Positions 1 through 6,731 are shown, numbered from the stretch's first letter. The stretch is DNA of 11,832 nucleotides from Candidatus Thorarchaeota archaeon SMTZ1-45 (GCA_001563335.1 LRSL01000027.1:1-11832); one strand, 5' to 3'. Notes: generated by a model from the letters alone, not told the origin. Numbers and translations: made by a program.

Positions 1-768
1 CGTCGTATCAAAGATAAAACAATTCTAATCTCAATAGGGATGGCAAGTAATGAAATTGGTACGATTCAGCCAATCAATGAGATTGGGAAACTAGCTGCTG
101 AGAGAGGAATAGCATTTCATACAGATGCTGTAGCAGCTGAAGGTCTCGTTCCGATTGATGTGAAAAAAGATAACATCAATCTCATGGCCCTTTCATCGAA
201 TGATATCTATGGACCCCGCGGTGTGGGAGTCATGTATATGCAAAAAAGATTCAGAGTCAACCCAATTATTATCGGAGGAGGACAAGAGAAGGGTTTACGG
301 TCTGGAAGTGAAGACATACCTGGAATTGTGGGAATGAGTATTGCAGTAGAAATATTGCAGAAGGAAATGAATACTGAAGTCAAGCGATTCCTAGGTTATC
401 GAGATGGAATGATAAAACAAATCTTAGATGAGGTGCCAGATAGTCACCTCAATGGACATCCAATTGACAGACTCGCGTCCAATGCCCATTTTAGATTTGA
501 TGGTATCGAGGGTGAGTCTATTCTGCTCTCATTCAAAGATTTAGGAATCTCGGTGTCGACAGGATCAGCATGCACATCGAAAACGCTTGAGCCATCGCAT
601 ACACTGATAGCGACTGGACTTTTGCATGAAGAAGCGCATGGTTCGCTTCAACTAACAACAGGCAGATTCAACACAGATGAAGACATTGATATAGTACTTG
701 AAGCCGTGCCAAATGTGGTTTCACGACTAAGAGAACTATCTCCAATTTACAAAACCGAAGCAGGGTGA
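1..768 (+). CDS. iscS: IscS/NifS-family cysteine desulfurase homolog, 5'-truncated by the window edge; Lys-to-Asp (A. fulgidus-like) variant
   Basis: Frame is open from base 1 (RRIKDKTILISIGMASNEIGTIQP), so ATG 40 is internal. Family motifs: NEIGTIQP, HTDAV, YGPRGVG, GGGQEKGLRSGS, STGSACTS (Cys codon 571-573), LEPSH. The PLP-lysine site reads SSND instead of SxHK. iscU follows directly. Confidence 0.95.
   Translation, partial: RRIKDKTILISIGMASNEIGTIQPINEIGKLAAERGIAFHTDAVAAEGLVPIDVKKDNINLMALSSNDIYGPRGVGVMYMQKRFRVNPIIIGGGQEKGLRSGSEDIPGIVGMSIAVEILQKEMNTEVKRFLGYRDGMIKQILDEVPDSHLNGHPIDRLASNAHFRFDGIEGESILLSFKDLGISVSTGSACTSKTLEPSHTLIATGLLHEEAHGSLQLTTGRFNTDEDIDIVLEAVPNVVSRLRELSPIYKTEAG
763..768 (+). 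promoter_or_regulatory. Shine-Dalgarno GGGTGA for iscU, overlapping the iscS stop codon
   Basis: GGGTGA, a 6-nt spacer, then ATG 775. Same geometry as GGGTGA 2078-2083 before ATG 2090. Confidence 0.7.
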
Positions 769-774
769 TTGAAA

Positions 775-1554
775 ATGAAATCAACCAAATATAGCGAAAA
801 AGTTCTGGATCACTTCCGTAATCCAAGAAATGTAGGAACTCTTGAGGGAGAGGATGTTGCAGTAGGCAAGGTTGGAAATCCAACCTGTGGAGATATTATG
901 GAGGTCTATATTCGTATTGATGGCAATGTCATCACTGATGCTAAATTCAGGACCTTTGGGTGCGGTTCAGCAATCGCCACTACTAGTATGACAACTGAGA
1001 TGGTCAAGGGAATGACGCTTGATGAGGCAATGAAGTTAACACGTCAAGATGTTGCTGATGAATTGGACGGGTTACCACCAATCAAAATGCACTGCTCAAA
1101 CCTTGCAGCTGATGCTTTACACGAAGCAATCAAAAGCTATCGTAGAGGCAAAGGTGAAGAAGTTCCTGATGAAGATGAGAAGGTAAAAGATGAGATTAAG
1201 TGTCTTGTAGGAAAAGACGAATTTCTCGATAAAGGCGTATATCTCAATGTAGAAGATAGAAATGAGTTCAAAGATCTCAGAACGCTAGTACTCTATTCAG
1301 GTGATGAATCAGTAGAAATTGCAATAGAACTTACAGAGGTCACTGATAGAGTCATTCTTCTCACCCCGGATGAAACTGTTGTAATCAATCCAGAACTTGC
1401 AGAGAGACTAGCAAGTTCAAGTGTAAAGGTCCTGTATCAATCGAAACTTCTTGAGGTACGTGGAGAGTTTGAGGTAGAGAAGGTACTGATATTAAATATT
1501 GATGAAGACGAGGAGTATGAGCTCTTCGTTGATGCAGTTGTAATCATTGAGTAG
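775..1554 (+). CDS. iscU: IscU/NifU-N Fe-S scaffold fused to a C-terminal degenerate thioredoxin-reductase NADPH-binding-like domain
   Basis: YSEKVLDHFRNPRNVG, GNPTCGD, FRTFGCGSAIA and LPPIKMHCS supply the three Cys plus Asp and His of IscU. An acidic linker follows, then about 117 aa (1201-1551) that align by eye to the TrxB NADPH domain. ATG 775 is preferred over TTG 769 from SD spacing. Tandem TAG TAG stop. Confidence 0.93.
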   Translation: MKSTKYSEKVLDHFRNPRNVGTLEGEDVAVGKVGNPTCGDIMEVYIRIDGNVITDAKFRTFGCGSAIATTSMTTEMVKGMTLDEAMKLTRQDVADELDGLPPIKMHCSNLAADALHEAIKSYRRGKGEEVPDEDEKVKDEIKCLVGKDEFLDKGVYLNVEDRNEFKDLRTLVLYSGDESVEIAIELTEVTDRVILLTPDETVVINPELAERLASSSVKVLYQSKLLEVRGEFEVEKVLILNIDEDEEYELFVDAVVIIE

Positions 1555-1606
1555 TAGGTTTAGAACGACAGGTACAAATGAATTCAACAACCTATCGAAA
1601 GATGTC

Positions 1607-2068
1607 ATGATAACCATCAGGACGACTACTTCATCTGATATTTCAGTACTGGAGGAATTATACAGGCAGCAAGTGGAAGATCACTCTGAACGTGCCAAGA
1701 AATTTGCTGAAGACTTGGTTCTGAGATACAAAACGCTTCTAGCTTTCAATGATGATTTAGTGTGTGGAACCATTTCATGGGAGTCTCGTGGCGGGCTCGA
1801 TGATGGGATTGTTGAGATAATAGGATTGGGAGTAAATGAAGAGTTCAAACGTCAGGGTATAGCAACAAAGTTAGTTAGCGCCATGATTGAGAGTGCAGTC
1901 CAATTCTATTCAAGTAATGGTTATTCATTGAGAGTGATTCTATTGTTCATGGAAAGTACAAATGAAGTTGCACGAGAGTTCTACTTAGCAAACAGATTCA
2001 ATGAGGTTAGTGTAATACCTTCACTATATCCACATGATGATGCATCTATCTTGATACGACATCTCTGA
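1607..2068 (+). CDS. GNAT family N-acetyltransferase (RimI-like)
   Basis: Acetyl-CoA motif A (LGVNEEFKRQGIATKL) and motif B (NEVAREFY). ATG 1607 gives a typical GNAT N-terminus (MITIRTTTSSD). TTG 1547 is the alternative start. Confidence 0.88.
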   Translation: MITIRTTTSSDISVLEELYRQQVEDHSERAKKFAEDLVLRYKTLLAFNDDLVCGTISWESRGGLDDGIVEIIGLGVNEEFKRQGIATKLVSAMIESAVQFYSSNGYSLRVILLFMESTNEVAREFYLANRFNEVSVIPSLYPHDDASILIRHL

Positions 2069-2089
2069 TTCATACTTGGGTGAATTCGT

Positions 2090-2776
2090 ATGTCTAAAGA
2101 ACCCATCATAGGAACCTTGCAAGAGGGATCCCTCCATTCTAGTCTAAAAGAGCTGTATTTGGATAGAAACGCCAAAGCGGAAGTATTGGTTGATGGATAC
2201 GTAGTTGATATTGTCAAAGATGGATTGTTAATAGAAATTCAAACAAGTAATTTTGCACAAATCAAGAACAAGTTACTCTCACTCTTTGCAAATCATCCAG
2301 TGAGGTTAGTACATCCATTATCCCAGAAAAAATGGATTGTGAAACAGTCACTAGATGGAACAGAACAATTGAGTCGTAGATTATCACCAAAGAAATGCGG
2401 TTTTGAAGATATATTCGATGAGCTAGTACGAATTCCTAGTTTAATTTCACATCCAAATTTCTCCCTGGAGTCAATATTAATAGAAGAAGAAGAGATTCGT
2501 CGTCAAGATGGGTTGGGAAGTTGGCGTAGGAGAGGTTGGAGTATAGTGGATAGAAGACTGGTCAATGTGATTGATAGGCGCGTGTATGAAAAACCCTCTG
2601 ACTTTCTCCATTTCATTCCAGACTCACTCGCAAGACCCTTTACTACCTCAGATTTAGTCGAAGCTTTAGGATTTTCAAAACAACTTGCTCAACGTCTTAC
2701 TTACTGCTTGAGAAAGATGAATGTTCTGAAAAAAGTAGGCAAATCGGGTAATGCAATTCTTCACGAAGTCGTCTGA
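2090..2776 (+). CDS. Hypothetical protein: PD-(D/E)xK-like nuclease fold (D...EIQ) with C-terminal winged HTH
   Basis: SLHSSLK, EVLVDGYVVD and LLIEIQT resemble a restriction-endonuclease-like core. The C-terminal FTTSDLVEALGFSKQLAQRLTYCLRKMNVLKKVGK is wHTH-like. SD GGGTGA at 2078-2083. Confidence 0.65.
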   Translation: MSKEPIIGTLQEGSLHSSLKELYLDRNAKAEVLVDGYVVDIVKDGLLIEIQTSNFAQIKNKLLSLFANHPVRLVHPLSQKKWIVKQSLDGTEQLSRRLSPKKCGFEDIFDELVRIPSLISHPNFSLESILIEEEEIRRQDGLGSWRRRGWSIVDRRLVNVIDRRVYEKPSDFLHFIPDSLARPFTTSDLVEALGFSKQLAQRLTYCLRKMNVLKKVGKSGNAILHEVV

Positions 2777-2788
2777 TTTGACCTATTG

Positions 2789-3877
2789 CTATTTACCTCT
2801 CAAGACATTTTGGATATCCTGAATGTATTCACTCCCAGGTGTTTCCCATCGGTTTGTCTTTTCACTGTAAAGATTATACGGATGAGAGTCCATACTCATC
2901 TTCGCATCATGGACTGTTTGTAAAAAGCATGATGTTAGATGAGAGCGAAGAACATCCAATCCTTTCAGAAAGCCAGACATGTCTTTGGCATTGAGAGAGA
3001 GTTGAATACCAAATCTTGTTCTTGATTCCATTGTTATGGTTGCAGGATATGGTAGTTTATAAAAAGCAGCGAGCGCTGGATTTTCTGGTCGGTCCAGCTC
3101 TATGAAACAAATGAGATTAAGTTCATTTTCTGTGGTGCAAACAGTCGATTTGTAGCCCTTGATGATCCCTTCATCTTCCAATCGATGAATCCGTTTATTC
3201 ACCAATGTTTCTGAAAGACCTAATATTTTTGCTAGTTTCTTCTGTGTTATCTCACCATCATCAAACATATGCTTCAAAATGAGGATATCATATTTGTCAA
3301 ATTCCGCAATCGACTGCACCTCTTCCAAGCGAATGTCGAATTTCTTCTTTGACCTAAGAATATCTTGAATCTGATCTTTCCACTTACTCCAATCCCAAAC
3401 CCATCCTAGTGCTGAGTTGAAATAGCTATAATCTGCAGACTTGTAATTAAAATCAGTGATGTCAAAGATGAAGAAGTCTGAAACCAGATCAGTCTTCTGC
3501 ATTTCTTCAAGAATCCGATGCGTTATCCTTGGAGAAGAGAGTGAATACAGTGAAAATGCGAGATAGCCATTGTAAGTCCCATAAGTTGGGCTGTTGAAAT
3601 ATATAGTATCAATCGCATGAAAAACATCAGGAAGGAACTTAATGCCTTTGGGGGTGGCATCCACAAGAAAAATATTCTCACCGAGACCCAATTTGCGTTC
3701 CAAGGTTAAAACACTGGTAGGACCCACAACACCAGTTTCTCTGAGCCTTTTCAAACGATATCTGACAGTCCTTGCGGGTATATTCAATAGATCACTTACT
3801 TCTTCGGTTGAAACCTTAGGACCAAGCTTATCTATGGCGCCGATAATTTCTACATCCTTCGGGTCTATTCGCGACGT
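2789..3877 (-). CDS. Tandem (two-HTH) Lrp/AsnC-like transcriptional regulator; start extended to an ACG codon
   Basis: HTH1 is IDPKDVEIIGAIDKLGPKVSTEEVSDLLNIPARTVRYRLKRLRE, largely upstream of the tracked TTG 3787 and in frame. HTH2 is DKYDILILKHMFDDGEITQKKLAKILGLSETLVNKRIHRLEDEGIIKGY. GGTGA SD at 3888-3884. Confidence 0.82.
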   Translation of the reverse strand, partial: TSRIDPKDVEIIGAIDKLGPKVSTEEVSDLLNIPARTVRYRLKRLRETGVVGPTSVLTLERKLGLGENIFLVDATPKGIKFLPDVFHAIDTIYFNSPTYGTYNGYLAFSLYSLSSPRITHRILEEMQKTDLVSDFFIFDITDFNYKSADYSYFNSALGWVWDWSKWKDQIQDILRSKKKFDIRLEEVQSIAEFDKYDILILKHMFDDGEITQKKLAKILGLSETLVNKRIHRLEDEGIIKGYKSTVCTTENELNLICFIELDRPENPALAAFYKLPYPATITMESRTRFGIQLSLNAKDMSGFLKGLDVLRSHLTSCFLQTVHDAKMSMDSHPYNLYSEKTNRWETPGSEYIQDIQNVLRGK

Positions 3878-3952
3878 TGAAATTCACCTTGCTATACTAA
3901 TTGCGCTATTATACAATTAAGGTTCGTTTCTGAGCAATTGCATTATTACGTC

Positions 3953-4037
3953 ATTGGCAATCTTTATATAAAAACACTTGCCATAAAATCATCAGTACAT
4001 GATATATTGGCAACATTTAGAGAGTAAATGGCCATTT
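3953..4037. promoter_or_regulatory. Divergent promoter region with a TATA-like box flanked by TGGCAA/TTGCCA half-sites
   Basis: TTTATATAAAA at 3963-3973 lies between TGGCAA 3955-3960 and TTGCCA 3978-3983. ATTGGCAA recurs at 4006-4013. Palindrome AAATGGCCATTT at 4026-4037. Confidence 0.5.
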
Positions 4038-4064
4038 CATGTATTTGGATTATACGTGGTTAGA

Positions 4065-4233
4065 ATGAGCGCACCAATCAACCTGACGAAGAGCACATTG
4101 ATAGTACTCGATAAGTTAGATAAAGAAGGACCAATGTCTCCACAGGACTTAGCATAATCAAGAGCGGGTCATGGAACTCCGACGAAACGCTGAGATCTGG
4201 CGCTCCATGGCTCATATTCACGTCATCAGATAA
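4065..4233 (+). pseudogene. Remnant of a small winged-HTH (MarR/ArsR-like) regulator
   Basis: ATG 4065 encodes MSAPINLTKSTLIVLDKLDKEGPMSPQDLA then TAA 4155-4157, which matches helices 1-2 of a wHTH. A +1 frame piece NQERVMELRRNAEIWRSMAHIHVIR* (4156-4233) may be the C-terminus. Confidence 0.55.
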
Positions 4234-4282
4234 TCAACTGCAAATTTGGCCATTGTGATTCAATTAACAAGATAGTAGCTTT

Positions 4283-4645
4283 TCAAACCTCAGAAAAGTC
4301 AGTATTGATAGAAAAGCAATTCTTCAGTACAGCATGCATGACCACACCTCGAGCATCATCCGTATCAGGGAGACCACTTATGAGCTCCTCACAGATTCGA
4401 ATTGTTGGGAGTCCAAGGGGGGCTGGAATTTCACATCCATCATCAATATCACTCATTACATCCACTTGACGGATCACTGATGGTGAAAGGCCAAAGTCAG
4501 AAATGACGTTATACATGAGTTCCAGAGCGGCATTGCAAAGAACGCATTGTTCACTAGAGTAGATAATGATGCAGCTGCATCTTCCACACTCCGTCTTCTT
4601 AGTTTCACGTCGTTGTTGTGTTGTTGTGTTGTATGCTACTGTCAT
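4283..4645 (-). CDS. Thioredoxin/glutaredoxin-fold protein
   Basis: Beta-strand IIIYSS followed by CVLC and a helix, then RQVDV and a cis-Pro-like GLPTIRI. Extra N-terminal CGRCSC. Start is ATG 4645 or TTG 4651. Confidence 0.65.
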   Translation of the reverse strand: MTVAYNTTTQQRRETKKTECGRCSCIIIYSSEQCVLCNAALELMYNVISDFGLSPSVIRQVDVMSDIDDGCEIPAPLGLPTIRICEELISGLPDTDDARGVVMHAVLKNCFSINTDFSEV

Positions 4646-4765
4646 CTCCAATCAGACGAAAATTAGCAAAATCTGAATATAACCAGTCTGAGTAAAATCA
4701 CCATGTGTAGAATGCGTCAAAACGCCTGATAGCTTGATTCTAGAGGGTTGTGCTTTTCTATTCAG

Positions 4766-4773
4766 AAAAAAAA
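4766..4773 (-). terminator. Possible oligo-T archaeal terminator of the trans-sulfuration gene
   Basis: A8 on the + strand is T8 on the - strand, about 90 nt past the stop at 4865. Confidence 0.35.
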
Positions 4774-4864
4774 TGCTTTTCATAATCACGTAGACGGTCG
4801 GCACTGAAATGTCTAAAACGAACGTCTTAACAATTGGCCATGATGTGGAGATAATACCAAGATA

Positions 4865-6040
4865 TTACATTGCATCAAGGCTATACATCAAGTCATCCAA
4901 GAGATCTTCAGGGTCTTCGATTCCTATTGACAATCGTACTGTAGAGCTGGATATGTCCATCTCATTGAGGGCTCGCTCGTCAATACCATAGTGTGTCGAT
5001 AATGCGGGAATACTTGCCAAGCTCTCAACCCCACCAAGTGAGACAGCATTTAGGAAGACTTCGAGTGAGTCCACAAACTTGCTTGTGCCAGCCAAATCAG
5101 ACTCAAGTTCAATAGAGAGCATGCCTCCAAATCCGGACATCTGTTTTCGTGCAATATCATGATGCGGATGACTTGAGAGACCTGGATAGTGAACTTTTCT
5201 GATTCGCGGGTTTCGGGACAACTTTTCAGCAAGATAACTTGCATTCGAATTGTGTTTCTCCATCCTAACACCAAGAGTTTTGATACCTCGATCTAAAAGG
5301 AAGGAGGCAAATGGGTCCATAGTTCCCCCAAGAAGCTTCGCAGCTCCTCGCACATCAGCCATCAAATCTTTTGGACCCGAGATAGTCCCAGCGATTATGT
5401 CACTGTGACCACCAAGATATTTCGTTGCGCTATGCATAACTAGGTCCACACCCAATTCATGAGGTTTCTGATTGATAGGTGAACCAAAGGTGCTGTCAAT
5501 CATGCTAATGGTCCCTTTAGCACGCGCTGCGTCAGCTACTTTTTTGATATCGACAATCTTCAAGGTTGGATTGGTTGGGGTTTCGAAGAAGCAGAGTTTG
5601 TAGGCTGTTCCAGAATCTAAGAGTCGATTAGCTAGTTCATCAGTATCGACATAATCAACCTCGATGCAACTTTGTGAGAGTATCTTATTGAAGAGATGAA
5701 CAGTTCCACCATAAATCGAGTCACTAGAGAGGATTGTTTCCCCATTTTTTACTAAACCGATTATTGCTGAAGAAATGGCAGCCATCCCTGAGGCTAGAAC
5801 ATGAGTGTCTTCAGTACCTTCAAGAGCATTCATTTTTTCCTCCACATTCTTTGTAGTGGGATTGCTCCAACGTGTGTAGACATCCTTTCCTGTCTTCCCT
5901 TGCACCGAATCAAGCATCTGCTGCTGGTCTTCAAATACAAAGGTGGAAGTCTGCATTATTGGCACCACTGCTGGTCCAGACGTCTGTGTGTGTTCACCTT
6001 GAACACAAAGAGTGGATGGTTTTCTCTTTCTAGTGGTCAT
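4865..6040 (-). CDS. Cys/Met metabolism PLP-dependent enzyme (cystathionine gamma-synthase/lyase family)
   Basis: PIMQTSTF, YTRWSNPT, ASGMAAI, IYGGT, ETPTNP, HSATKYLGGHSD (PLP Lys intact), AVSLGGVESL, RLSIGIED. YGGT rather than YGCT argues against a classical methionine gamma-lyase. GGGGTG SD upstream. Confidence 0.93.
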   Translation of the reverse strand: MTTRKRKPSTLCVQGEHTQTSGPAVVPIMQTSTFVFEDQQQMLDSVQGKTGKDVYTRWSNPTTKNVEEKMNALEGTEDTHVLASGMAAISSAIIGLVKNGETILSSDSIYGGTVHLFNKILSQSCIEVDYVDTDELANRLLDSGTAYKLCFFETPTNPTLKIVDIKKVADAARAKGTISMIDSTFGSPINQKPHELGVDLVMHSATKYLGGHSDIIAGTISGPKDLMADVRGAAKLLGGTMDPFASFLLDRGIKTLGVRMEKHNSNASYLAEKLSRNPRIRKVHYPGLSSHPHHDIARKQMSGFGGMLSIELESDLAGTSKFVDSLEVFLNAVSLGGVESLASIPALSTHYGIDERALNEMDISSSTVRLSIGIEDPEDLLDDLMYSLDAM

Positions 6041-6130
6041 TGTTTACACCCCAAAATGATACAATAGAATATAGATTGGCATATCACTCGAGATTTATAG
6101 ATGAACGTAAACTGGCAAAGAATATTGATT

Positions 6131-6355
6131 TTAATATGGTTCTTCTGGAATAACTAGACCTATGATAATGTACCCCAGAATTCCGATGACTGTGAGTGTG
6201 AATAGAAACATGAGAACTCGGACAAGAGTTGGATCCATATTGTAATGCTTAGCTATCCCACCGCACACACCCAAGATAATTCTGTCATCCCTAGAACGGT
6301 ATAATCCCGAACTCCTTACACCAGGATAATCATCAGGTGTTGGAATCTCAGCCAT
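6131..6355 (-). CDS. pspC: PspC domain membrane protein
   Basis: LYRSRDDRIILGVCGGIAKHYNMDPTLVRV, then a hydrophobic segment ending YIIIGLVIPEE. Confidence 0.92.
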   Translation of the reverse strand: MAEIPTPDDYPGVRSSGLYRSRDDRIILGVCGGIAKHYNMDPTLVRVLMFLFTLTVIGILGYIIIGLVIPEEPY

Positions 6356-6451
6356 TATGACACCGGATTCTTTACAATATCAGCGATTTTAAACATTTAT
6401 AGCTACATTGGATTAAGAGGATAAGTAGAGTAAATTTCTCAAATCCTTAGA

Positions 6452-6649
6452 TCATTTTGCATCGTGGTGACTATGCGAGGGATTCTCTAGTTTGCTATAC
6501 CTATAGACCGTCTTGGTAAACATACTGCAACCGCACGAAACACAATTTCTACTTCTTTCTTCGTGTCCTTGTCGATTATGGCCACAGATACACTCATCCA
6601 AAGCTCGCAAGTCTATTGTTGATTGAATAGTATATTCTGTCATTTGCAT
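6452..6649 (-). CDS. Small Cys/His-rich putative zinc-binding protein
   Basis: C-x-C-G-H-x4-H-x6-C-x2-C-x-C-x2-F pattern (CICGHNRQGHEERSRNCVSCGCSMF). It fills the gap between co-oriented genes. Confidence 0.7.
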   Translation of the reverse strand: MQMTEYTIQSTIDLRALDECICGHNRQGHEERSRNCVSCGCSMFTKTVYRYSKLENPSHSHHDAK

Positions 6650-6731
6650 TCAAATTGATGAGAATAATTAACTATATTAAATTGCAGTTGGTGGCAATCT
6701 AGCCATGCATTTATTGACATCTTTTAGTGAA

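Noticed and set aside
763-777. iscS and iscU are in the same frame separated by a single TGA, suggesting selenocysteine or readthrough fusion
   Set aside because: The TGA is part of a GGGTGA SD placed 6 nt before ATG 775. It falls at the normal IscS C-terminus rather than at a Cys-equivalent position, and I recognised no SECIS. Translational coupling explains it.
1552-1557. TAG stop of iscU as possible pyrrolysine
   Set aside because: Two consecutive TAG codons at the natural end of the domain, and no pyl context in the window.
4083-4188. CTGACGA ... CGAAAC resembling a hammerhead ribozyme core
   Set aside because: The bases that should close stem II (A and C) do not pair, no stems I/III are evident, and the first word lies within the wHTH relic's coding sequence.
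4610-4632. GTTGTTGTGTTGTTGTGTTGT short tandem repeat; similar GTA/GTT runs near 10960-10990
   Set aside because: These are codon repeats for Thr/Gln-rich protein segments, not CRISPR or mobile-element repeats.
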